A DNA stretch of 64,000 nt. Source: Eledone cirrhosa. Taxonomy: Eukaryota. The stretch covers positions 23,994,001-24,058,000 of the forward strand of contig OZ024741.1 of the NCBI GenBank assembly GCA_964016885.1. The letters run 5' to 3'. This document shows positions 1-14,600 of the stretch, piece after piece (positions within the stretch are counted from its first letter, which is position 1; each line of letters starts with the position of its first letter). The notes under the pieces were generated by a model. It was not told the DNA's origin and did not search any database. It saw only the letters and a list, made by a program, of their open reading frames with translations. A program made the translations under genes and the position numbers.

Positions 1-3000
1 CTTCAGCTGTCACCTAACCTTAATCCAGTACATATATAGTAAAAGACTGTGCTTCAGCTGTCACCTAACTCTAAACCAGTACATATATAGTAAAAGACCG
101 TGCTTCAGCTGTCACCTAACCTTAATCCAGTACATATATAGTAAAAGACCGTGCTTCAGCTGTCATCTAACCTTAATCCAGTACATATATAGCAAAAGAC
201 CGTGCTTCAGCTGTCACCTAACTCTAATCCAGTACATATATAGTAAAAGACTGTGCTGCAGCCATGACCTAACCTTAATCCAGTACATATATAGTAAAAG
301 ACTGTGCTTCAGCTGTCACCTAACTCTAATCCAGTACATATATAGTAAAAGACCGTGCTTCAGCTGTCACCTAACCTTAATCCAGTACATATATAGTAAA
401 AGACCGTGCTTCAGCTGTCACCTAACCCTAATCCAGTACATATATAGTAAAAGACTGTGCTTCAGCTGTCACCTAACTCTAATCCAGTACATATATAGTA
501 AAAGACCGTGCTTCAGCTGTCACCTAACCCTAATCCAGTACATATATAGTAAAAGACTGTGCTTCAGCTGTCACCTAACTCTAATCCAGTACATATATAG
601 TAAAAGACTGTGCCTCAGCTGTGACCTAACCCTAATCCAGTACATATATAGTAAAAGACTGTGCTTCAGCTGTCACCTAACTCTAATCCGGTACATATAT
701 AGTAAAAGACTGTGCTTCAGCTGTCACCTAACTCTAATCCGGTACATATGTAGTAAAAAACTGTGCTTCAGCTGTCACCTAACTCTAATCCAGTACATAT
801 ATAGTAAAAGACTGTGCTTCAGCCATGACCTAACTTTAATCCAGTACATATATAGTAAAAGACTGTGCTTCAGCTGTCACCTAACCCTAATCCAGTACAT
901 ATATAGTAAAAGACTGTGCTTCAGTCATGACCTAACCCTAATCCAGTACGTATATAGTAAAAGACTGTGCTTCATCCATGACCTAACCCTAATCCAGTAC
1001 ATATATAGTAAAAGACCGTGCTTCAGCTGTCACCTACATCTAATCCAGTACATATATAGCAAAAGACTGTGCTTCAGCCATGACCTAACTCTAATCCAGT
1101 ACATATATAGTAAAAGACTGTGCTTCAGCTGTCACCTAACCCTAATCCAGTACATATATAGTAAAAGACTGTGCTTCAGCCATGACCTAACCCTAATGCA
1201 GTACATATATAGTAAAAGACTGTGCTTCAGCTGTCACCTAACTCTAATCCAGTACATATATAGAAAAAGACTGTGCTTCAGCTGTCACCTAACTCTAATC
1301 CAGTACATATATAGTAAAAGACTGTGCTTCAGCTGTGACCTAACCTTAATCCAGTACATATATAGTAAAAGACCGTGCCTCAGCCATGACCTAACCCTAA
1401 TCCAGTACATATATAGTAAAAGACTGTGCTTCAGCTGTCACCTAACTCTAATCCAGTACATATATAGTAAAAGACCGTGTTTCAGCTGTGACCTAACCCT
1501 AATCCAGTACATATATAGTAAAAGACTGTGCTTCAGCCATGACCTAACCCTAATCCAGTACATATATAGTAAAAGACTGTGCTTCAGCTGTCACCTACAT
1601 CTAATCCAGTACATATATAGTAAAAGACTGTGCTTCAGCCATGACCTAACTCTAATCCAGTACATATATAGTAAAAGACTGTGCTTCAGCTGTCACCTAA
1701 CCCTAATCCAGTACATATATAGTAAAAGACTGTGCTTCAGCCATGACCTAACCCTAATCCAGTACATATATAGTAAAAGACCGTGTTTCAGCTGTCACCT
1801 ACATCTAATCCAGTACATATATAGTAAAAGACTGTGCTTCAGCCATGACCTAACTCTAATCCAGTACATATATAGTAAAAGACTGTGCTTCAGCTGTCAC
1901 CTAACCCTAATCCAGTACATATATAGTAAAAGACTGTGCTTCAGCCATGACCTAACCATAATGCAGTACATATATAGTAAAAGACTGTGCTTCAGCTGTC
2001 ACCTAACTCTAATCCAGTACATATATAGTAAAAGACTGTGCTTCAGCTGTCACCTAACTCTAATCCAGTACATATATAGTAAAAGACTGTGCTTCAGCTG
2101 TGACCTAACCTTAATCCAGTACATATATAGTAAAAGACCGTGCCTCAGCCATGACCTAACCCTAATCCAGTACATATATAGTAAAAGACTGTGCTTCAGC
2201 CATGACCTAACCCTAATCCAGTACATATATAGTAAAAGACTGTGCTTCAGACATGACCTCACCCTAATCCAGTACATATATAGTAAAAACTGTGCTTCAG
2301 CTGTCACCTTACCCTAATCCAGTACATATATAGTAAAAGACTGTGTTTCAGCTGTCACCTAACCCTAATCCAGTACATATATAGTAAAAGACCGTGCTTC
2401 AGCCATGACCTAACCCTAATCCAGTACATATATAGTAAAAGACTTTGCTTCAGCCATGACCTAACCCTAATCCAGTACATATATAGTAAAAGACTGTGCT
2501 TCAGCTGTCACCTAACCCTAATCCAGTACATATATAGTAAAAGACTGTGCTTCAGCTGACTCCTAACCCTAATCCAGTACATATATAGTAAAAGACTGTG
2601 CTTCAGCTGTCACCTAACTCTAATCCAGTACATATATAGTAAAAGACCGTGCTTCAGCCATGACGTAACTTTAATCCAATCCATATATAGTAAAAGACTG
2701 TGCTTCAGCTGTCACCTAACTCTAATCCTGTACATATATAGTAAAAGACTGTGCTTCAGCTGTCACCTAACCCTAATCCAGTACATATATAGTAAAAGAC
2801 TGTGCTTCAGCTGTCACCTAACCCTAATCCTGTACATATATAGTAAAAGACTGTGCTTCAGCTGTGACCTAACCCTAATCCAGTACATATATAGTAAAAG
2901 ACTGTGCTTCAGCTGTCACCTAACTCTAATCCAGTACATATATAGTAAAAGACCGTGCCTCAGCCATGACCTTACTCTAATCCAGTACATATATAGTAAA

Positions 3001-5600
3001 AGACTGTGCTTCAGCTGTCACCTAACTGTAATCCAGTACATATATAGTAAAAGACTGTGCTTCAGCTGTCACCTAACCCTAATCCAGTACATATATAGTA
3101 AAAGACTGTGCTTCAGCCATGACCTAACCCTAATCCAGTACATATATAGTAAAAGACTGTGCTTCAGCCATGACCTAACCCTAATCCAGTACATATATAG
3201 TAAAAGACTGTGCTTCAGCTGTGACCTAACCCTAATCCAGTACATATAATAAAAGACTGTGCTTCAGCTGTCACCTAACCCTAATCCAGTACATATATAG
3301 TAAAAGACTGTGCTTCAGCTGTCACCTAACCCTAATCCAGTACATATATAGTAAAAGAGTATGCTTCAGCTGTCACCTAACCCTAATCCAGTACATATAT
3401 AGTAAAAGACTGTGCTTCAGCTGTCACCTAACCTTAATCCAGTACATATATAGTAAAAGACTGTGCTTCAGCTGTCACCTAACTCTAAACCAGTACATAT
3501 ATAGTAAAAGACCGTGCTTCAGCTGTCACCTAACCTTAATCCAGTACATATATAGTAAAAGACCGTGCTTCAGCTGTCATCTAACCTTAATCCAGTACAT
3601 ATATAGCAAAAGACCGTGCTTCAGCTGTCACCTAACTCTAATCCAGTACATATATAGTAAAAGACTGTGCTGCAGCCATGACCTAACCTTAATCCAGTAC
3701 ATATATAGTAAAAGACTGTGCTTCAGCTGTCACCTAACTCTAATCCAGTACATATATAGTAAAAGACCGTGCTTCAGCTGTCACCTAACCTTAATCCAGT
3801 ACATATATAGTAAAAGACCGTGCTTCAGCTGTCACCTAACCCTAATCCAGTACATATATAGTAAAAGACTGTGCTTCAGCTGTCACCTAACTCTAATCCA
3901 GTACATATATAGTAAAAGACCGTGCTTCAGCTGTCACCTAACCCTAATCCAGTACATATATAGTAAAAGACTGTGCTTCAGCTGTCACCTAACTCTAATC
4001 CAGTACATATATAGTAAAAGACTGTGCCTCAGCTGTGACCTAACCCTAATCCAGTACATATATAGTAAAAGACTGTGCTTCAGCTGTCACCTAACTCTAA
4101 TCCGGTACATATATAGTAAAAGACTGTGCTTCAGCTGTCACCTAACTCTAATCCGGTACATATGTAGTAAAAAACTGTGCTTCAGCTGTCACCTAACTCT
4201 AATCCAGTACATATATAGTAAAAGACTGTGCTTCAGCCATGACCTAACTTTAATCCAGTACATATATAGTAAAAGACTGTGCTTCAGCTGTCACCTAACC
4301 CTAATCCAATACATATATAGTAAAAGACTGTGCTTCAGTCATGACCTAACCCTAATCCAGTACGTATATAGTAAAAGACTGTGCTTCATCCATGACCTAA
4401 CCCTAATCCAGTACATATATAGTAAAAGACCGTGCTTCAGCTGTCACCTACATCTAATCCAGTACATATATAGCAAAAGACTGTGCTTCAGCCATGACCT
4501 AACTCTAATCCAGTACATATATAGTAAAAGACTGTGCTTCAGCTGTCACCTAACCCTAATCCAGTACATATATAGTAAAAGACTGTGCTTCAGCCATGAC
4601 CTAACCCTAATGCAGTACATATATAGTAAAAGACTGTGCTTCAGCTGTCACCTAACTCTAATCCAGTACATATATAGAAAAAGACTGTGCTTCAGCTGTC
4701 ACCTAACTCTAATCCAGTACATATATAGTAAAAGACTGTGCTTCAGCTGTGACCTAACCTTAATCCAGTACATATATAGTAAAAGACCGTGCCTCAGCCA
4801 TGACCTAACCCTAATCCAGTACATATATAGTAAAAGACTGTGCTTCAGCTGTCACCTAACTCTAATCCAGTACATATATAGTAAAAGACCGTGTTTCAGC
4901 TGTGACCTAACCCTAATCCAGTACATATATAGTAAAAGACTGTGCTTCAGCCATGACCTAACCCTAATCCAGTACATATATAGTAAAAGACTGTGCTTCA
5001 GACATGACCTCACCCTAATCCAGTACATATATAGTAAAAACTGTGCTTCAGCTGTCACCTAACCCTAATCCAGTACATATATAGTAAAAGACTGTGTTTC
5101 AGCTGTCACCTAACCCTAATCCAGTACATATATAGTAAAAGACCGTGCTTCAGCCATGACCTAACCCTAATCCAGTACATATATAGTAAAAGACTGTGCT
5201 TCAGCTGTCACCTAACCCTAATCCAGTACATATATAGTAAAAGACTGTGCTTCAGCTGACTCCTAACCCTAATCCAGTACATATATAGTAAAAGACTGTG
5301 CTTCAGCTGTCACCTAACTCTAATCAAGTACATATATAGTAAAAGACCGTGCTTCAGCCATGACGTAACTTTAATCCAATCCATATATAGTAAATGACTG
5401 TGCTTCAGCTGTCACCTAACTCTAATCCTGTACATATATAGTAAAAGACTGTGCTTCAGCTGTCACCTAACCCTAATCCAGTACATATATAGTAAAAGAC
5501 TGTGCTTCAGCTGTCACCTAACCCTAATCCTGTACATATATAGTAAAAGACTGTGCTTCAGCCATGACCTAACCCTAATCCAGTACATATATAGTAAAAG
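1..5600 (+). repeat. Higher-order duplication with a 67-monomer offset (3,414 bp = 67x51-3); the second copy is 13 monomers shorter internally
   Basis: Rare variants recur at +3,414: ctaaaccag, gtcatct/agcaaaag, ggtacatatgtagtaaaaaa, ttcatccatg, cacctacatc, and the ORF starts at 1196 and 4610. After ~1,500 the offset falls to 2,751 (2307 vs 5058), which is 663 bp = 13 monomers less. Confidence 0.9.
421..431 (-). repeat. Embedded telomeric motif TTAGGGTTAGG (example copy; present in the CCC-type monomers throughout the array)
   Basis: The + strand reads cctaaccctaa at 421-431, at the same monomer position in hundreds of copies. Alternative alleles are ctaactctaa, ctaaccataa, ctaaacctaa and ctaaccttaa. 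Confidence 0.9.
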
Positions 5601-8600
5601 ACTGTGCTTCAGCTGTCACCTAACTCTAATCCAGTACATATATAGTAAAAGACTGTGCTTCAGCTGTCACCTAACCCTAATCCAGTACATATATAGTAAA
5701 AGACTGTGCTTCAGCCATGACCTAACCCTAATCCAGTACATATATAGTAAAAGACTGTGCTTCAGCCATGACCTAACCCTAATCCAGTACATATATAGTA
5801 AAAGACTGTGCTTCAGCTGTCACCTAAACCTAATCTAGTACATATATAGTAAAAGACTGTGCTTCAGCCATGACCTAACCTTAATCCAGTACATATATAG
5901 TAAAAGACTGTGCTTCAGCCATGACCTAACCCTAATCCAGTACATATATAGTAAAAGACTGTGCTTCAGCCATGACCTAACCCTAATCCAGTACATATAT
6001 AGTAAAAGACTGTGCTTCAGCTGTCACCTAAACCTAATCTAGTACATATATAGTAAAAGACTGTGCTTCAGCCATGACCTAACCCTAATCCCGTACATAT
6101 GTAGTAAAAGACTGTGCTTCAGCTGTCACCTAAACCTAATCCAGTACATCTATAGTAAAAGACTGTGCTTCAGCCATGACCTAACCCTAATCCAGTACAT
6201 ATATAGTAAAAGACTGTGCTTCAGCTGTGACCTAACTCTAATCCAGTACATATATAGTAAAAGACTGTGCTTCAGCCATGACCTAACCCTAATCCAGTAC
6301 ATATATAGTAAAAGACTGTGCTGCAGCCATGACCTAACCCTAATCCAGTACATATATAGTAAAAGACTGTGCTTCAGCTGTGACCTAACTTTAATCCAGT
6401 ACATATATAGTAAAAGACTGTGCTTCAGCCATGACCTAACCCTAATCCAGTACATATATAGTAAAAGACTGTGCTTCAGCTGTCACCTAAACCTAATCCA
6501 GTACATCTATAGTAAAAGACTGTGCTTCAGCCATGACCTAACCCTAATCCAGTACATATATAGTAAAAGACTGTGCTTCAGCTGTGACCTAACTCTAATC
6601 CAGTACATATATAGTAAAAGACTGTGCTTCAGCCATGACCTAACCCTAATCCAGTACATATATAGTAAAAGACTGTGCTTCAGCTGTCACCTAACTCTAA
6701 TCCAGTACATATATAGTAAAAGACTGTGCTTCAGCTGTCACCTAACCCTAATGCAGTACATATATAGTAAAAGACTGTGCTGCAGCCATGACCTAACCCT
6801 AATCCAGTACATATATAGTAAAAGACTGTGCTTCAGCTGTCACCTAACTCTAATCCAGTACATATATAGTAAAAGACTGTGCTTCAGCTGTCACCTAACC
6901 CTAATGCAGTACATATATAGTAAAAGATTGTGCTGCAGCCATGACCTAACCCTAATCCAGTACATATATAGTAAAAGACTGTGCTTCAGCCATGACCTAA
7001 CCCTAATCCAGTACATATATAGTAAAAGACTGTGCTGCAGCCATGACCTAACCATAATCCAGTACATATATAGTAAAAGACTGTGCTTCAGCCATGACCT
7101 AACCATAATCCAGTACATATATAGTAAAAGACTGTGCTTCAGCCATGACCTAACCCTAATCCAGTACATATATAGTAAAAGACTGTGCTTCAGCCATGAC
7201 CTAACCATAATCCAGTACATATATAGTAAAAGACTGTGCTGCAGCCATGACCTAACCCTAATCCAGTACATATATAGTAAAAGACTGTGCTGCAGCCATG
7301 ACCTAACCCTAATCCAGTACATATATAGTAAAAGACTGCTTCAGCTGTCACCTAACTCTAATCCAGTACATATATAGTAAAAGACTGTGCTGCAGCCATG
7401 ACCTAACCCTAATCCAGTACATATATAGTAAAAGACTGTGCTTCAGCCATGACCTAACCATAATCCAGTACATATATAGTAAAAGACTGTGCTTCAGCCA
7501 TGACCTAACCATAATCCAGTACATATATAGTAAAAGACTGTGCTTCAGCCATGACCTAACCATAATCCAGTACATATATAGTAAAAGACTGTGCTTCAGC
7601 CATGACCTAACCCTAATCCAGTACATATATAGTAAAAGACTGTGCTTCAGCTGTGACCTAACTCTAATCCAGTACATATATAGTAAAAGACTGTGCTTCA
7701 GCCATGACCTAACCATAATCCAGTACATATATAGTAAAAGACTGTGCTTCAGCCATGACCTAACCATAATCCAGTACATATATAGTAAAAGACTATGCTT
7801 CAGCCATGACCTAACCATAATCCAGTACATATATAGTAAAAGACTGTGCTTCAGCTGTCACCTAACCCTAATCCAGTACATATATAGTAAAAGACTGTCC
7901 TTCAGCTGTCACCTAACCTTAATCCAGTACATATATAGTAAAAGACTGTGCTTCAGCCATGACCTAACCCTAATCCAGTACATATATAGTAAAAGACTGT
8001 GCTTCAGCCATGACCTAACCATAATCCAGTACATATATAGTAAAAGACTGTGCTGCAGCCATGACCTAACCCTAATCCAGTACATATATAGTAAAAGACT
8101 GTGCTTCAGCCATGACCTAACCATAATCCAGTACATATATAGTAAAAGACTGTGCTTCAGCCATGACCTAACCCTAATCCAGTACATATATAGTAAAAGA
8201 CTGTGCTTCAGCCATGACCTAACCATAATCCAGTACATATATAGTAAAAGACTGTGCTTCAGCCATGATCTAACCCTAATCCAGTACATATATAGTAAAA
8301 GACTGTGCTTCAGCCACGACCTAACCCTAATCCAGTACATATATAGTAAAAGACTGTGCTGCAGCCATGACCTAACCCTAATCCAGTACATATATAGTAA
8401 AAGACTGTGCTGCAGTCATGACCTAACCCTAATCCAGTACATATATAGTAAAAGACTGTGCTTCAGCTGTCACCTAACTCTAATCCAGTACATATATAGT
8501 AAAAGACCGTGCCTCAGCCATGACCTTACTCTAATCCAGTACATATATAGTAAAAGACTGTGCTTCAGCTGTCACCTAACTGTAATCCAGTACATATATA

Positions 8601-11600
8601 GTAAAAGACTGTGCTTCAGCTGTCACCTAACCCTAATCCAGTACATATATAGTAAAAGACTGTGCTTCAGCCATGACCTAACCCTAATCCAGTACATATA
8701 TAGTAAAAGACTGTGCTTCAGCCATGACCTAACCCTAATCCAGTACATATATAGTAAAAGACTGTGCTTCAGCTGTCACCTAAACCTAATCTAGTACATA
8801 TATAGTAAAAGACTGTGCTTCAGCCATGACCTAACCTTAATCCAGTACATATATAGTAAAAGACTGTGCTTCAGCCATGACCTAACCCTAATCCAGTACA
8901 TATATAGTAAAAGGCTGTGCTTCAGCCATGACCTAACCCTAATCCAGTACATATATAGTAAAAGACTGTGCTTCAGCTGTCACCTAAACCTAATCTAGTA
9001 CATATATAGTAAAAGACTGTGCTTCAGCCATGACCTAACCCTAATCCCGTACATATGTAGTAAAAGACTGTGCTTCAGCTGTCACCTAAACCTAATCCAG
9101 TACATCTATAGTAAAAGACTGTGCTTCAGCCATGACCTAACCCTAATCCAGTACATATATAGTAAAAGACTGTGCTTCAGCTGTGACCTAACTCTAATCC
9201 AGTACATATATAGTAAAAGACTGTGCTTCAGCCATGACCTAACCCTAATCCAGTACATATATAGTAAAAGACTGTGCTTCAGCTGTCACCTAACTCTAAT
9301 CCAGTACATATATAGTAAAAGACTGTGCTTCAGCTGTGACCTAACTCTAATCCAGTACATATATAGTAAAAGACTGTGCTTCAGCTGTCACCTAAACCTA
9401 ATCCAGTACATCTATAGTAAAAGACTGTGCTTCAGCCATGACCTAACCCTAATCCAGTACATATATAGTAAAAGACTGTGCTTCAGCTGTGACCTAACTC
9501 TAATCCAGTACATATATAGTAAAAGACTGTGCTTCAGCCATGACCTAACCCTAATCCAGTACATATATAGTAAAAGACTGTGCTTCAGCTGTCACCTAAC
9601 TCTAATCCAGTACATATATAGTAAAAGACTGTGCTTCAGCTGTCACCTAACCCTAATGCAGTACATATATAGTAAAAGACTGTGCTGCAGCCATGACCTA
9701 ATCCTAATCCAGTACATATATAGTAAAAGACTGTGCTTCAGCAATGACCTAACCCTAATCCAGTACATATATAGTAAAAGACTGTGCGGCAGCCATGACC
9801 TAACCATAATCCAGTACATATATAGTAAAAGACTGTGCTTCAGCCATGACCTAACCATAATCCAGTACATATATAGTAAAAGACTGTGCTTCAGCCATGA
9901 CCTAACCCTAATCCAGTACATATATAGTAAAAGACTGTGCTTCAGCCATGACCTAACCATAATCCAGTACATATATAGTAAAAGACTGTGCTGCAGCCAT
10001 GACCTAACCCTAATCCAGTACATATATAGTAAAAGACTGTGCTGCAGCCATGACCTAACCCTAATCCAGTACATATATAGTAAAAGACTGTGCTTCAGCT
10101 GTCACCTAACTCTAATCCAGTACATATATAGTAAAAGACTGTGCTGCAGCCATGACCTAACCCTAATCCAGTACATATATAGTAAAAGACTGTGCTTCAG
10201 CCATGACCTAACCATAATCCAGTACATATATAGTAAAAGACTGTGCTTCAGCCATGACCTAACCATAATCCAGTACATATATAGTAAAAGACTGTGCTTC
10301 AGCCATGACCTAACCATAATCCAGTACATATATAGTAAAAGACTATGCTTCAGCCATGACCTAACCATAATCCAGTACATATATAGTAAAAGACTGTGCT
10401 TCAGCCATGACCTAACCCTAATCCAGTACATATATAGTAAAAGACTGTCCTTCAGCTGTCACCTAACCTTAATCCAGTACATATATAGTAAAAGACTGTG
10501 CTTCAGCCATGACCTAACCCTAATCCAGTACATATATAGTAAAAGACTGTGCTTCAGCCATGACCTAACCATAATCCAGTACATATATAGTAAAAGACTG
10601 TGCTTCAGCCATGACCTAACCATAATCCAGTACATATATAGTAAAAGACTGTGCTTCAGCCATGACCTAACCATAATCCAGTACATATATAGTAAAAGAC
10701 TGTGCTTCAGCCATGACCTAACCCTAATCCAGTACATATATAGTAAAAGACTGTCCTTCAGCTGTCACCTAACCTTAATCCAGTACATATATAGTAAAAG
10801 ACTGTGCTTCAGCCATGACCTAACCCTAATCCAGTACATATATAGTAAAAGACTGTGCTTCAGCCATGACCTAACCCTAATCCAGTACATATATAGTAAA
10901 AGACTGTGCTTCAGCCATGACCTAACCCTAATCCAGTACATATATAGTAAAAGACTGTGCTTCAGCCATGACCTAACCATAATCCAGTACATATATAGTA
11001 AAAGACTGTGCTTCAGCCATGACCTAACCATAATCCAGTACATATATAGTAAAAGACTGTGCTTCAGCCATGACCTAACCATAATCCAGTACATATATAG
11101 TAAAAGACTGTGCTTCAGCCATGACCTAACCATAATCCAGTACATATATAGTAAAAGACTATGCTTCAGCCATGACCTAACCATAATCCAGTACATATAT
11201 AGTAAAAGACTGTGCTTCAGCCATGACCTAACCCTAATCCAGTACATATATAGTAAAAGACTGTCCTTCAGCTGTCACCTAACCTTAATCCAGTACATAT
11301 ATAGTAAAAGACTGTGCTTCAGCCATGAGCTAACCCTAATCCAGTACATATATAGTAAAAGACTGTGCTTCAGCCATGACCTAACCATAATCCAGTACAT
11401 ATATAGTAAAAGACTGTGCTTCAGCCATGACCTAACCCTAATCCAGTACATATATAGTAAAAGACTGTGCTTCAGCCATGACCTAACCATAATCCAGTAC
11501 ATATATAGTAAAAGACTGTGCTTCAGCCATGATCTAACCCTAATCCAGTACATATATAGTAAAAGACTGTGCTGCAGCCATGACCTAACCATAATCCAGT

Positions 11601-14600
11601 ACATATATAGTAAAAGACTGTGCTTCAGCCATGACCTAACCATAATCCAGTACATATATAGTAAAAGACTGTGCTTCAGCCATGACCTAACCCTAATCCA
11701 GTACATATATAGTAAAAGACTGTGCTTCAGCCATGACCTAACCATAATCCAGTACATATATAGTAAAAGACTGTGCTGCAGCCATGACCTAACCCTAATC
11801 CAGTACATATATAGTAAAAGACTGTGCTGCAGCCATGACCTAACCCTAATCCAGTACATATATAGTAAAAGACTGTGCTTCAGCTGTCACCTAACTCTAA
11901 TCCAGTACATATATAGTAAAAGACTGTGCTGCAGCCATGACCTAACCCTAATCCAGTACATATATAGTAAAAGACTGTGCTTCAGCCATGACCTAACCAT
12001 AATCCAGTACATATATAGTAAAAGACTGTGCTTCAGCCATGACCTAACCATAATCCAGTACATATATAGTAAAAGACTGTGCTTCAGCCATGACCTAACC
12101 ATAATCCAGTACATATATAGTAAAAGACTGTGCTTCAGTCATGACCTAACCCTAATCCAGTACATATATAGTAAAAGACTGTGCTTCAGCTGTGAACTAA
12201 CTCTAATCCAGTACATATATAGTAAAAGACTGTGCTTCAGCCATGACCTAACCATAATCCAGTACATATATAGTAAAAGACTGTGCTTCAGCCATGACCT
12301 AACCATAATCCAGTACATATATAGTAAAAGACTATGCTTCAGCCATGACCTAACCATAATCCAGTACATATATAGTAAAAGACTGTGCTTCAGCCATGAC
12401 CTAACCCTAATCCAGTACATATATAGTAAAAGACTGTCCTTCAGCTGTCACCTAACCTTAATCCAGTACATATATAGTAAAAGACTGTGCTTCAGCCATG
12501 ACCTAACCCTAATCCAGTACATATATAGTAAAAGACTGTGCTTCAGCCATGACCTAACCATAATCCAGTACATATATAGTAAAAGACTGTGCTGCAGCCA
12601 TGACCTAACCCTAATCCAGTACATATATAGTAAAAGACTGTGCTTCAGCCATGACCTAACCATAATCCAGTACATATATAGTAAAAGACTGTGCTTCAGC
12701 CATGACCTAACCCTAATCCAGTACATATATAGTAAAAGACTGTGCTTCAGCCATGACCTAACCATAATCCAGTACATATATAGTAAAAGACTGTGCTTCA
12801 GCCATGATCTAACCCTAATCCAGTACATATATAGTAAAAGACTGTGCTTCAGCCATGACCTAACCCTAATCCAGTACATATATAGTAAAAGACTGTGCTG
12901 CAGCCATGACCTAACCCTAATCCAGTACATATATAGTAAAAGACTGTGCTGCAGTCATGACCTAACCCTAATCCAGTACATATATAGTAAAAGACTGTGC
13001 TTCAGCTGTCACCTAACTCTAATCCAGTACATATATAGTAAAAGACCGTGCCTCAGCCATGACCTTACTCTAATCCAGTACATATATAGTAAAAGACTGT
13101 GCTTCAGCTGTCACCTAACTGTAATCCAGTACATATATAGTAAAAGACTGTGCTTCAGCTGTCACCTAACCCTAATCCAGTACATATATAGTAAAAGACT
13201 GTGCTTCAGCCATGACCTAACCCTAATCCAGTACATATATAGTAAAAGACTGTGCTTCAGCCATGACCTAACCCTAATCCAGTACATATATAGTAAAAGA
13301 CTGTGCTTCAGCTGTCACCTAAACCTAATCTAGTACATATATAGTAAAAGACTGTGCTTCAGCCATGACCTAACCTTAATCCAGTACATATATAGTAAAA
13401 GACTGTGCTTCAGCCATGACCTAACCCTAATCCAGTACATATATAGTAAAAGGCTGTGCTTCAGCCATGACCTAACCCTAATCCAGTACATATATAGTAA
13501 AAGACTGTGCTTCAGCTGTCACCTAAACCTAATCTAGTACATATATAGTAAAAGACTGTGCTTCAGCCATGACCTAACCCTAATCCCGTACATATGTAGT
13601 AAAAGACTGTGCTTCAGCTGTCACCTAAACCTAATCCAGTACATCTATAGTAAAAGACTGTGCTTCAGCCATGACCTAACCCTAATCCAGTACATATATA
13701 GTAAAAGACTGTGCTTCAGCTGTGACCTAACTCTAATCCAGTACATATATAGTAAAAGACCGTGCCTCAGCTGTGACCTAACCCTAATCCAGTACATATA
13801 TAGTAAAAGACTGTGCTTCAGCCATGACCTAACCCTAATCCAGTACATATATAGTAAAAGACTGTGCTGCAGCCATGACCTAACCCTAATCCAGTACATA
13901 TATAGTAAAAGACTGTGCTTCAGCTGTGACCTAACTCTAATCCAGTACATATATAGTAAAAGACTGTGCTTCAGCCATGACCTAACCCTAATCCAGTACA
14001 TATATAGTAAAAGACTGTGCTTCAGCTGTCACCTAACTCTAATCCAGTACATATATAGTAAAAGACTGTGCTTCAGCTGTCACCTAACTCTAATCCAGTA
14101 CATATATAGTAAAAGACTGTGCTTCAGCTGTCACCTAACCCTAATGCAGTACATATATAGTAAAAGACTGTGCTGCAGCCATGACCTAATCCTAATCCAG
14201 TACATATATAGTAAAAGACTGTGCTTCAGCAATGACCTAACCCTAATCCAGTACATATATAGTAAAAGACTGTGCTGCAGCCATGACCTAACCATAATCC
14301 AGTACATATATAGTAAAAGACTGTGCTTCAGCCATGACCTAACCATAATCCAGTACATATATAGTAAAAGACTGTGCTTCAGCCATGACCTAACCCTAAT
14401 CCAGTACATATATAGTAAAAGACTGTGCTTCAGCCATGACCTAACCATAATCCAGTACATATATAGTAAAAGACTGTGCTGCAGCCATGACCTAACCCTA
14501 ATCCAGTACATATATAGTAAAAGACTGTGCTGCAGCCATGACCTAACCCTAATCCAGTACATATATAGTAAAAGACTGTGCTTCAGCTGTCACCTAATTC

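Noticed and set aside
28-45. TATATA as a TATA-box promoter, or tac-atatata-gta as a hairpin/terminator
   Set aside because: It is present in every monomer as part of a short AT tract. The stems are only ~3 bp, and there is no downstream gene.
421-431. True telomere tract or G-quadruplex-forming array
   Set aside because: There are fewer than two full TTAGGG units per monomer, and GGG runs are 51 bp apart. I saw no (TTAGGG)n run anywhere.
1196-2317. Cys/His periodicity resembling a zinc-finger array (e.g. C2H2/PRDM9-like)
   Set aside because: The unit is 17 aa rather than 28. There is no C-x2-C-x12-H-x3-H pattern or TGEKP linker, and the Cys/His positions vary between monomer types.
9656-13333. 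1,225-aa ORF and all other + strand (LTLIQYIYSKRLCFSCH)n ORFs as protein-coding genes
   Set aside because: These are translations of a 51-bp (17-codon) unit. Starts come from sporadic atc>atg or ctg>atg variants. Stops (atctag, cagtag, cagtaa, aaatga) and frameshifts are freely copied in duplications. There is no unique N- or C-terminal sequence or gene context.
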